Under the pieces are notes generated by a model. It did not search any database, was not told where the DNA came from, and saw only the letters and a program-made list of their open reading frames with translations. The position numbers and the translations under genes are program-made. This document shows, piece by piece, positions 51,624 to 63,386 of a stretch of DNA of 64,000 bases (the stretch's first letter is position 1; the number at the start of each line of letters is the position of its first letter). The DNA is from Phaeosaccion multiseriatum (lineage: Eukaryota; Protista; Ochrophyta, other classes): contig OZ218955.1 of the NCBI GenBank assembly GCA_965112735.1, positions 1,116,001 through 1,180,000 on the forward strand. The letters are read 5' to 3'.

Positions 51624-53036
51624 ATGCAACGACTCTATCAGTCCATCATTGGAATGGAAAGCCTCTCCACTGTGCAAGCGCTGGTTAGGAAGCTCGTCGC
51701 CAAGCACGGCAAAGCGATCTTGGAGAAGCCTGTCGACGAAGAAGGCTATACGGCTATGATGTGGGCTGCGGGATGTGGTCGACTGGATGTCGTTGACCTT
51801 CTGCTGCAGGAGGGGGCCTCCTTCAGCACCGGGGGAGGGCCGCTCGGGACCACGCCATTGATAGAGGCTAGCCGGTGGGGAGATAACGAAGTGGTGAGGC
51901 GGCTGTTGGATGTCGGGGCCCGTGTAGACCAGGTCGATCTGGAAGGAGTGACGCCTTTGATTGTGGCTGCCGATCAAGGGCAATTTACAACTGTGCAGCA
52001 GCTCCTTCTGGCGGGGGCCAGTGTCAATGCTGCTGATAATGAGGGATGTACTTCGATCTGGATGGCATCTCAGAATGGGCACACCTCCGTCGTGGAGCGG
52101 CTCATTGCAGCGGGCGCGGATGTGAACAAAGTAGACAATATCGGAAGGACTCCACTCTCCCGGGCGTCCCATTGGGGGCATTTGAGCGTGGTACAGAAGC
52201 TCATCAGGGCCAACGCCAACATCGACAAGGCTGATGACCAAGGCTTCACTCCCCTTCACGCAGCCTCGGAGCACGGTCACGCGTCCATCGTGCAGCAGCT
52301 TCTCGATGAGCATGCCTACGTGGAGACCAGGAGCAACAAGGGCACTACTCCTCTCGTGATCGCTGCTCACAGAGGACGCTTGGCCGTGGTGAAGTTACTT
52401 TTGGCTGCAGGGGCGGACGTACTCGCGTCTGACCCCGGGGGCTTCACTCCTCTGCACGTGGCCGCTCAAGAAGGTCACGAGGCCGTGGTTAAGCGGCTTC
52501 TCTCTACAGAAGCAAAGGTGGAGACAGCGGAGAAACATGGTGCAACACCCCTCCACGTTGCTGCTGAAAAAGGTCACGACGCCGTGGTTAAGCGGCTTCT
52601 CTCTGCAGGAGCAAAGGTGGAGACAGCAGCCAACGACGGCTCAACGCCCCTCCACCTTGCTGCTCAAGAAGGACACGAGGCCGTCGTCGCTCGCCTCACC
52701 TCTGCCGGATCCCCGATTGATGCCCTGGGAACGAACGGCGTCACCCCACTGCTTGCCCCCATCTGCAACAATCATCACGGCATTGTGCGGCAGCTCCTGT
52801 CGGCCGATGCCTCGGTGGACAAGGCCTTGGATGCGGCACGGAGACATCAACTCGGCCCTGAGATTGAGCAGCGGCTCAGAGACGCAGCAGCGGCCTTCTT
52901 CCGATCTCAAAGCGCACTGGACTTGATGCGAAGGACCGATCCGACCTTCGGCAAGGAGAGCAGGGTTTTGCCGCTGAAGAGGCCCTGGAGTGTCGGGAGC
53001 GAGACGTGGGAGAGCATGGCGGAGGAAATGAGCTGA
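51624..53036 (+). CDS. Ankyrin-repeat protein, paralog C (11 repeats)
   Basis: 470 aa = paralog A + 33 aa; same N- and C-termini. Confidence 0.92.
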   Translation: MQRLYQSIIGMESLSTVQALVRKLVAKHGKAILEKPVDEEGYTAMMWAAGCGRLDVVDLLLQEGASFSTGGGPLGTTPLIEASRWGDNEVVRRLLDVGARVDQVDLEGVTPLIVAADQGQFTTVQQLLLAGASVNAADNEGCTSIWMASQNGHTSVVERLIAAGADVNKVDNIGRTPLSRASHWGHLSVVQKLIRANANIDKADDQGFTPLHAASEHGHASIVQQLLDEHAYVETRSNKGTTPLVIAAHRGRLAVVKLLLAAGADVLASDPGGFTPLHVAAQEGHEAVVKRLLSTEAKVETAEKHGATPLHVAAEKGHDAVVKRLLSAGAKVETAANDGSTPLHLAAQEGHEAVVARLTSAGSPIDALGTNGVTPLLAPICNNHHGIVRQLLSADASVDKALDAARRHQLGPEIEQRLRDAAAAFFRSQSALDLMRRTDPTFGKESRVLPLKRPWSVGSETWESMAEEMS

Positions 53037-53377
53037 CTGAAAGAGGATGGGAGCGTGCCAGAGATGAGCTCTCCCGATGGTGTGGTTTACACCGGCCCAG
53101 ACCACCAGCCATGAGAGGAAGCAGCCAAGCCCAACCCGATGCGGACTCGAGTGGTGGCGACGACCCGTAAGAGGAGAAGGCACGAAAAGGAACATCCTGT
53201 ACATAGGATACACATCTTATCAATTCAGGATCACACGCTGGCGCAAGAGCACAGCCAAACATTCTGATCTGAGCTAATGCGTATATCTGTGTGTGCGCGC
53301 GCGTGTGTGTGTGCGTGTATGGGTGTGTGAGTGTATGGGCGCGCACCGTGTGACCCCGTTCTCCCCTGGGGGAAGAC

Positions 53378-54757
53378 TCACGACTCGAAACGAACATGCC
53401 CATACGCCTCCATGTTTCCCAGGGGGAGCGCTGTCCGCTCCAGCCGAGACGCGCAGGCGTCGCAGAGCAGCCGCCCAGACGTACACTTTCGAGAGGCAAA
53501 GGAAGCGACAGTAGCAGCGCTGGCAGCACCAGCAGCTAGAAGAGTACCAGGAGGCCAAGTAGGAGCAGTCTGCATGACCCCCGCCTCAGCATGTTGAGCA
53601 TCAACTTCGCAGAGAGACGCATGGCTTTCCCCAGCTGTTGATGGTCCACCAAGAAGGTGGAGCTGTGCCACCTCCTGCCTCTGTTGTCCGTGCACTACCA
53701 TCGCGTAGCCGTTACGTCTGTGAAGAGCGCAGTTGTCGCACAGGGGCCTGTGCAGCACGAATCCAGTCGCCGCCATCTGCCAGGCCGAAAGGGGAAGCAG
53801 CACCTCCTGCTCTTCTTCATCCTCCTTCCCCTCCTTCCCCCGCTCCTCCTCCTCCTTCTTCTCCCCCTCCTTGTCCTCTCCCTGCTGCTGCTGTCTATGA
53901 TGCGAACCCCTGGTGCCGGCCACTGCCATCGAGGGAGGAGGGGCTCCTCCCCGGGGGGCTCCGCCCCGGGGGAGGTAGGCGACCATTGCAGGGTCAAAGA
54001 TGCTAACCTTCACCGGCACCTTCACCTCAGGTGCTTGCTCCCCAACCCTCCCCACTGCTGCTGCCGTGTCACCATCTGTTGCTACTGTTACATCACCAGC
54101 TGCTGGTTCTGTGACTGTGTCACCACGTCCTGCTGCTGATGTATTACCAACTGCTGCTGCTCCAGGTGACTGCTGCTGCTCCTTTGGCGCTTGAGCTTGA
54201 TGGGTTATCACTGCCTGTGTCTTGTTGGGTAGTAGGGGCGATGCCCAAGGACTTGTACTCAGCACGCAGAGCCTACCCCTGACCCTGGCTGTCCACGAAT
54301 ACCGGGGGGCGAGCCCGAAGAGGAGGCCGTCGTCGGACAAAGGTAGGGGGTCTTACCGTTACCATTGTGGCAAGAGAAGAGTTTCTCCCTCCCCTGTGTG
54401 TCGTGCTCACAGAGAGGACGGGCCGCCCCCTTCTCGTTCTCCTCCTTCTCCTTCTCTTTCTTCTCCTTGTCCTCCTCTTCTGTTCCGCATGGTGGGCCTC
54501 CTCCTCCTCCTCTTCTTCCTCCCCCCGCTGTTTCTGCTGATGCTGACGCTGCGGTATCACCAACTGCTGCTGGTGCTGCTCCTGCCCTTGACCCATGCCA
54601 TGCTCCTCCCTCGCTAGACCCTTCCTCGTGTGAGAAGGTCAACACGTACAATTGGGTCTTCTCCTTCTCCTCCTGTTTCTCCTCCTCGACCCGGAATGCC
54701 TCCTTTTCTTCCTCCTCTTTCTCTCCCTTCTCCTCCTTCTCCTCCTTATCCTCCTTC

Positions 54758-54817
<60 letters not shown>

Positions 54818-57800
54818 CCACGATCATCATCATCCAAAGCCAGCAGCCGCGAACGTGGGCAAATGCAACCATCCAACAGCGATAGCAACACCCTCCTCTC
54901 CTTAGCTGAGCAGACAAACTGGTGCCCGAACCCCTCCGCCGCATCAGCCGGTGCCCTTGCCACCGCCTCTACCGCAGCCTCTTTGGCCGCCGAAGCTGCT
55001 GCCGCCGCTGCCTTCGCCTGCCTGAGTCGACTTCTGCCTGCCCCGGCCACTGAGGGAGAGAGGGAGGGAGGGAGGGAGGGAGGGAGGAAGGGCGAGATTG
55101 CGTGCGTGGGTGGGTGGGTGGGTGAGTGAGTGGGTGAGTGAGGAGTGAGGTAGTGAGAGACTGACTGATTAAAGGAATGAGTGAGGAAGTGAGTCAGGGA
55201 AGCAAGTGAACAAGTAAGGGGAGAAGATAAAAAAAGATGCGGAATAGAACGAAAACAGCCAAAGGAGAAGGCACCCACCCACCCGCCCACCCACCCACCT
55301 ACCTGCCAGCGCAATGGTCCTTCCCTGCTCCTCCTCCGCACGAGCCTCCGCCGCCTCTTCCGCCGCCGTGGTGAGAAGCGCCCAGTGGTACACAAAGGCG
55401 CTGCGGAGGGGACAGCCCACGATCGCCTCGAGCCGAGAGGCGGGTAGCACGAGCCCTTTGCTATGGTTAGAGCTATTGCGGCCAGTCTCAGTGCCAGTGT
55501 CCTGGCTGTTGTTCTGGCTCTTGCCATCGCTGTCGTACGAGCTGTCCTCATAGCCCCACATCTCCTCCTCCTCCTCCTCGTCGTCGTCGTCCTGCTGCTG
55601 CTGTCTATCGTCGCTGGCGCCTTCGCCTTCCCCCTCCCTCCCTCCCTCTCCTTCTTCCTCCTCTCCCTCCTCCTTCGTCCCCCCTCCTTGCTCTTCCTCC
55701 CCGCCTCCTCCTCCGCTGACAAGCTGCACTTGCACCTCCATGGTGGAGCTCAGCGCCAGCGCCAACTGTGAAACGTCACCGTATGCGAGGCGGTGTGCCT
55801 GGCTCACTCGACTCCGCCTGCTGCTACTACTGCTGCTACTGCTACTGCTGTTATTTCTGAAGTTCCTGTTGCTCCTCTCCAATGGAGTGGCGACAACTTG
55901 GCTCTCATTCCTTGTCGATGCGTGGTGGGCCTTCCTCCCTCCCCTCCCCTCACCCCCCTGTCCCTCCCGCCTCTCCCGCCCCGCCCCCCCCTCCAACCAG
56001 TCCAGCCGCTGCAGTGCGCACACAATGTCAAAGGCCTTCTCTGCCCGGAATATCTGCTCTGCCCTCGTCCGCCACTCCTCCGCGCGTTTGGCCCACCCCA
56101 CATCCCACACATCTTCAAGTGTCTCCACGGGAAGGTGCCACGCACGGCGCTGCTGTCGCTCTCTCGTCACACGCTGCTGATGTATCACCAACTGCTCCTG
56201 TTGCTGCCGTATCACCAACTGCTGCTGTATCCGCAATTCCCGCTCCTGCTGGAGTTGCTTCCTTCGCTGTGCACGCTCGAGCGGTGACCCTGTCCTTGAC
56301 CTTGACCCTGACCCTGATCCTGACCCTGTCCCTGGCCTTGACCCCGACCCTAACCCTGACCCTGATCCTGATCCTGACCCTGACCCTGACCCTGACCCTG
56401 ATCGAGGCTGACTCGCCCCCTGAGAGAGGTGGAGACGGCTCCGCTTGCGCTGCTGTTGCTCGGGCTTGGGCTCATCGAATCGTCTTCGTCTGCTTCCGCT
56501 CTGCCGCTGCTCCTCAAGCCCTTTCCCGGCCCTACCCTTCCTACTGGCGCTGCCTCTCGCTTCACTCGCCCCCCTCGCCTCTCTTCCTCCCGTCCATCTG
56601 TCGTCCCTCGACCCCCTCCCTCTGGCCCCTCCCTCGTCTCTCCCCCCAACGTCCTCTCTCTCAGCGTCTTTCGTCATGGTGGGTGGTGGTGGGCCTCCGT
56701 CGTGGAGGGCGATCGACTGTCGGGTTGGGCATACGTGACCACTGAGGTCGTCGCCAGAACGGTCAGCAACATCAGCAACATCACCATCACTACTGCTGCT
56801 GCCACTCCTGACACTGCTTGTCCTTTTTCTCTTTATGACCTTCTCGCTCTCCGTCATCCCACAACCATCCATACTCTGGAGTCCGCCTCGCTCATCAGCT
56901 GGCGCATCATCATCATCGTTATCACAGATGGAAAGGGTAGTGTCGGCTTCTTCCTCTTCTCCTTGTTCCCCTCCCCCTTCTTCTTCTCCTTCCTCTCCTC
57001 CTCCTTCTTCTCCTTCTCCTCCTCCTCCTCCTCGTCCTTCTTCACCTTCTCCTCCTCCTCGTCCTTCTCCTTCTCCTTCTCTTTCTTCTCCTTCTTGTTC
57101 AGGAGGGAGAGGAGGCGGACAGACGAGGTAGGGCAGTGGGGCTTCAGCCTCAAGCACGAGGAGGTCGAACGCCTCCCTCAAGCGCACCACCGCAGCGGAG
57201 GGGGGTGCAAGTGTGGCACCAGCATGTCCAATGTCATCACCGCCCCTCGGGGAACAATCGGCCCGCCTCGGGCTATCACCGCTCCCACTGGGGTAAGTGG
57301 ACGTCGCCATTTGCAGTCCGAGTGCGTCGGAAAGAGCTGCAAGCTCGGCAAGAATGGCCTTCTTGGCGCTATGCGCGGCGTCCACCACACTCTGCTGAGC
57401 GGCACGCTTACTCTCCAGGGACCTGTCCACCTGGGCCGCGAACCTTGAGGAATGGGATGGCGGAAGAGGAGGGGAAAGAACATCATATGCTAAGGAGGGG
57501 GCAATCAGGCATCTCCTCCTTCCCTCCCTCCGTCCCTCCTTCCCTCCCTCTCAAACAGAGCGCTCACCTCCTCCTCTCCCACTTGGTCTTTGCTTTGAGC
57601 TTCGTCTGCTCGCCCCTTAGACGAGTATAGGCGTCTCTGTGCACTCGCAGCCAGCCGCCCCAGTGGGCCAAGCGCATTCTCTGCACGCATAAAGGAGCAA
57701 CAGCAGTTGGTAATACAGCAGCTGCAGCTGCAGCGCGGCATCTTACAGAGTCACGCAGATACACCTCCCACCTCCCACTCCCCACTCTCTCCATCTCTCA

Positions 57801-59019
57801 TTTCCTTCCTCCCTCCCTCCCTCCCTCCCACCCACCCACCCACCCACCCTCTCTCCCTCCCTTCCTTCCTCCCTCCCTCCCGCCCTCCCTCCCTCCGACC
57901 CTCCCTCTCTCCCTCTCTCCCTGCTTCCCTCCCTCCCTCCCACCTACCTCTGTATGGGCGTCTCTCCGAGCACGCCTCAGACGCTTGTACATGTTCCTAC
58001 CCCTTTCCGCCTCTGCAGAGGGCCGTACCGTCATCGTCACGGGAACGGTGGCTGTGGGCGGTGGTGGCGGTGGTGGCGGTGGTGGCGGTGGGATGGAAGC
58101 TGATGGCCGTGTTGGTGGTGGCGGTTGTGGCTCCGAGTCGGTATGGGTCTCCCCCACCCTCTTCTGCTCCTCCCCTGCGGCTATGGTCGCTCTTCTCCTG
58201 CGTTCACCACTGCCAATACCGCTGCTACTACTGCCACTACTGCTACTATTGCTACTATTGCTGCTTCTGCTCCCATCCCTACGGCTGCTGCTGCTGCTAC
58301 TGCTGCTGCTCGCGGTGGTCGTGGCGCCCCCCCCCTGGATAGAAGTAACGCCCCGCGGTACCGACACCGGTGCACTGTTACATCGCTTGAGTCTGGGCCC
58401 TCTCTCTTGCTTCTCCTCTTCCTCCTCCACTACCTCCTCCCTTCCCTCCTCCTCTTCCTCCTCCTCCTCCTCCTCCTCCTCTTGCTCCTCCTCCTCCTCC
58501 TCCTCCTCCTCCTCCTCCTCCTCCTCCTCCTCCTCCTCCTCTTGCTCCTCCTCCTCCTCCTCCTCTTGCTCCTCCTCATCGTCCTCGATCAGCTCCGTAT
58601 TAGAGCCACTCCCGCCCTCTTGCCCCTCCACACTCCTGCTGTCGCCGCCATCAGCAGCATCGGCAGGGGAAGACGCCACTGGTGAGGACAGCAACTGAGG
58701 TTGCACTTCGCCTGAATCTGAAGGCGCCCCCGCTGCTCTCGCATCACCTTCTCCTTCTCCTTCCTCTCCACCGCCTTCACCTCCTCCTCTTCGTCGTCGT
58801 CCTCCCCCTCCCTCGTCGCCCTTCTGTTGCGCTTCGTCGCCTGCTATCAGCATGGTGAGTGCGCGCTTATCGGCGACAACAAGCATCACCTTATCGCCCT
58901 TCACCTCGATCCTGCTCACAGCATCAGCAGCCGTAGCACCAGTAGCTGTAGTAGCACCCGCGATACCCGTCTCATCAGTAGTACTCGCAGCAGCCGAAGC
59001 AGCCGCAGCAGTTGGACAT

Positions 59020-59054
<35 letters not shown>

Positions 59055-61773
59055 TGGGGACAACTGCCCCACCTCCATACTGTTTGGGTGTGGGCTTGCG
59101 TCCGTCGGGCTCGGACTTGAATGCCCGTGGGCTGCCTTCTTTGCTCCTTCGTTGTGGGCGTCCTGCCGCTGACGTGCTTGTATGACTCTCGCCATCTGTC
59201 GCTGTATTTCCTCTGCTTCGAGGGTGCGTTCGCGCTCAAGAGTAGACAGCTGCTGACATAGCAGATCCTTCGGGAAGGGGAGAGGGGAGGGGGCAGGGGA
59301 GGGCAGGAGAGGGAAGAGGGGATAACGAATGTTAAAAGAGACCTGAGATAGTCGGTGGTGCTTTGGATGGAGAGGGGAAAGGGGAGGGGGAACAGGGGAG
59401 GGAGGGAAGAGGAGAGGAGAAAAGGTGAATGGATGTCAGCACGTGGGGGGTGTTTAAAGCCCAATCCGCGCCTAGCACATGTGAGCGCGCACGCACACAC
59501 ATACGCACACACACGCACACACGCATACACACGCACACACACACACACACACACGCTCACCTCCTTCTTCATGAGCTCCCTCCTGGCAGCCTCCAGCCTC
59601 CTCTCTTCCTCGCGCACCCTCCCCTGCGCCTTCCTTTGCCGCGTCTCCTCGGCCCACATGCCGCTCCGTTCGTCCGCCTCCCTGGAGTTGGAGATTTGAG
59701 ATTCAGTAAGAGTGTGAGTTTCCACAGTTTGAGATTGAGTTTTTAAGTAAGCGCAAGAGGTTCCTGTCGTGCTTCGAAGTGCAATTTATTTGCGTTTTCA
59801 TTGACCTTCCTCGTATAACAAAACGAAGCCTCTTTTTGTTTGCTTGGTTGTGATTGCATCAATTGCATCAAAAGTAAGTAAGTATGTGTCTACCCAAATG
59901 CCTATTACATCACTCAGGTGAGGTCAACTGAGGTTAGTGCATACCTCTGTCTATTGAAGACGCTCCTCAGCCGCCGCTCCTCGAGGGCCCGTAGCCTCCT
60001 CAGCCGGGCCACAGTCTAGGCCATGTGTCCCGAGGGGGGGGGGAGGGGGAGGGTTAGGGCGAGAGTAAGAGGGGGGAGAGGAAGGTTTATGGGGGGAGTA
60101 TGAGAGGGGAGGGGAAGGTTTAGGGGGAGAGTGTGAGGGGGGAGAGGAAAGGCAGGGAGTGATTGAGGTATCCCCCTACCATAGCAGGTATACGACATCA
60201 AACACACACACACGCACAAGCATACACCCCCCCCACACACACACACACGCACACACACACACACATACATACACACAGACACAGACACACATACAGAGGG
60301 AGAGGGACACACAAGAGAGACACACACGACGCTGCCTACCTTTGGGTCCATGTACTGCACAGCCTCCTTTGCAGCAGCGAGGAGCTCGAGGTGAAGCTCC
60401 CTTCGGAGGCGGAACTGCGCTGTCCACACCTTGTCCAATCCCCTCTTGCGCGCTGCTCGCATCTCGGCTTCTGTCCTCCGCTTGTAGCGCCAGCTGTGAG
60501 CGTGTGTCCTGTTGGCAAGTTGGTTGTTCAAGGTTCGAGGGTAGGGTTCGGAGGGTTTCGTTCACGGGTGACATATGTTTATGTATGGGACAAGATGAGA
60601 CTATGCCTCATCATAGGTACGTACGTACACACGTATGCATACACACGCACGCACACACACACGCACAACCATACGCACGCCGGTACGTACGCACACACGT
60701 AGACATGCACGTAGGCACACACACACACACGCGCACGCGTACAAACCATACACAAAGCACGTACGCACACATGAAGACACACGCGCAAACACGCACCTGT
60801 ACCATTCGCGCTTCTGCTGCGTGACGTCAGTGACAAAGGCAGTGAGCTCCAAGATTTCGCTTATCCTGGGCAGCACCAAAGAAGGGAGGGGCGGGAAAAG
60901 AGCCACCACGCAAGCCCTCGCCATGTTCACCTTGCCCTGTTTGGGGTACGAAAGTGGGGCGCGAAAGTGGGGTGTGAAGGGGTTTGAATGGGTTTGAGTG
61001 GGTGTCAGTGGGTGTCAGTGGGTGTGAGTGGGCTCCCTCGGGTAGGGAATCAAGAATCAAGTGTCGGTCGTGGTGCTCTATGTGTATCATGTCGCGCGAT
61101 GGCTGGGAGGAGGGGGAGGAGGGGGAGGAGGGGGGGGAGGGGCTGAGGGGGAGGATGAGGGCGACGTGAGGCTGTATGTGGGTGGGTGGGTGGGTGTGTA
61201 TGCATGTGTGTGTATGTGTGTGTGCGCATGTGTGTGCGTGTGTGTGTGCGTGTGTGTGCGTGCGCGCATGTGCATGTGTGTGTATCTATATGTGTCTATG
61301 TGTCTATGTGTGTGTGTGTGTGCGACAGCAGTGACCAGCAGTGCCTCCGTCCCTACCTGCTCATCCAGACCCGCCAAGGCGTGAAGGCGGTGCATCTGCC
61401 CCTCGCCCAGAGAGAGCAGCGCCTCCTTCAGGCCTGCTCTTAGCGTGTTGTTGTCCACCCGCCATCTGTAAAGGTGAAACCGCCATACCCGCTGGATGGC
61501 CTGGGCGGCGTCGGATCTCTTCTTTTGTGCCCAGAACTCGGCAATCTCTCGGAGCCGTTTCCGCTTCGCGATGAGGGGGCAGCAGCTGAGGGAAGGTGGA
61601 ACGGCGGAAGGGTGGAAAGATGGCACGGAATGGGACGGGGAGGGGAGGGGAGGAGGTGGTGAGTGATTCAATGAGACGCGGGGGGAGTTGAGTCTGGGGA
61701 GGAAAAGGGAGGCATCCAGCCAGGCAGACAGGCAGACAGGTAGACTGGTAGACAGGCATGTGGACAGGCATGT

Positions 61774-61819
<46 letters not shown>

Positions 61820-63347
61820 ACAGGCAGGCAGGCAGGCAGGCAGACAGGCAGGCAGGCAGGCAGGCAGACAGGCAGGCATGTGGACAGGCGAAACTGAACA
61901 AAAGAAAACGCACCGTTTCCTGTCTCGCATGCCTCGAAACACTCTCTGAATGTCCGTGGCGGCCTTGTTGTTCACAGGACAGGCGAGGAAGCGGAGACGA
62001 GTACAGGCGCGTCGGGTCAACCAGCCTCTGCAGGGACAGGGAGGGAGGGGCGAGAGGGAGAGAGTGGGGGGGTGAGGGTGTCAGTTTATTGGTGTGGGGT
62101 GAGTGGGTACAATGGGCGGAATTGTTCATGGCATATGTAGCCCAAAAAATGCAGGTTGCGGGTAGAGATGGAGAGCGCGCGGGCGAAAGAGAGAAGCTAG
62201 ATATCGTCTCCCTCCCTCCCTTCCTCCGTCGCCCCCTCCCCCGATTCCTCCCTCCCTCGCTCCCCACGCACCACTCACCTCACGGTCTTCTGCACAGTGA
62301 CGGCAGAGTTGTGCTCTCTCTGCACGCGTTGGTGCTCCGCCTCCACTTGTGCCCTCCACCGCACAACCGCCTCCGTCAGCCGAGAGCGACGGTACACCCT
62401 GCTCCAGGAGGGGGAGGGGGCATTGTATAGGCCAAGGCCAGTTGCCGCAATAGCCCGAGGAGGAGGAGGAGGAGGAGGAGGAGGAGGCGCATTAGTTAGC
62501 AAAATAAATCAGAGAAATTGGAATTTGTCTTTCCCCTGCACTCCTCATTACCCGCACTCCTCCCCTACGCTTCTCTCCCCTGTCCTGCTCCCCGTAAGCG
62601 ATTCGATTCCCTACCTGAGGGCCGTCCGAAAGATGTACTCCAAAGGCAAGCCAGCTGTGAGGATGACATGATGCACCAACCGGCCTGCGTCGGCCTGCCG
62701 CTCCGCCCCCGCCCTCTCCTTCGCCATGCTCTTTGTCTGGGCAGAAATATCGCCCTCCAAACGCTCAATCTCCGCTTGGGCGAGGCGATCAGCTTCTGCT
62801 GTATTACCAGCTGCTCCGGGCGCTGCTCCTTCGTTGTGGTGGTGGTGGTGGTGGCGGTGAGGATGGTGGTGGTGGTGGCGGTGAGGATGGTGGGAGTGGT
62901 GGTCGTTGTGGTAGTGGTCTGTACGGAGGCCCTGCTGCTGCTGGTAGGCGACTTGCAGGTCGTGCTCTAGTTCTTCATGGTGGCGCTGGAGCTCCACATC
63001 CGCCTGGTGGTGATGATGGTGCTGGTGCTGCTGGTGCTGCTGCTGCTGCTGCTTGTGCTTATTCTGCTGGTGCTGGTGCTGATAATGCTGGTGTTGCTGG
63101 CGGTGCTGCTCCTGCTGCTGCTGATGCTGGGGCTGCAGCGAAAGGCCTTTGTGAGGATGAAGGCGGGATGGCACCTGAAGGACCTTGGGGCTTGGTCTTG
63201 GTGACTCCTCGAGGCGGAAGGGGCTGAGCGCCACTGGTGACGCTGGCGCGGCGACCGTCGGATCAGCGGCGGGAGGGCCGGGCCTGCCGCACTCCTGTTC
63301 ATCTGCCTCCTCACTGCCACCAACACCGGATGCAGCAGTTGGTGATA

Positions 63348-63386
<39 letters not shown>

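Larger units (their letters stand above)
43211..53036 (+). repeat. Tandem segmental triplication of the ankyrin gene with its upstream region
   Basis: Shared upstream block begins gaat(g/t)gccttgcactcgctc at about 43211, 47486 and 50757. A further ~520-bp block is shared at ~46965-47486 and ~50227-50757. The 45414-46960 spacer is unique. Confidence 0.92.

Noticed and set aside
43211-53036. Ankyrin units as transposons, LTR elements or an endogenous virus
   Set aside because: No transposase, RT, integrase, capsid or polymerase ORF, and no TIR or TSD seen; tandem duplication explains the repeats. A viral origin of the genes themselves remains untested.
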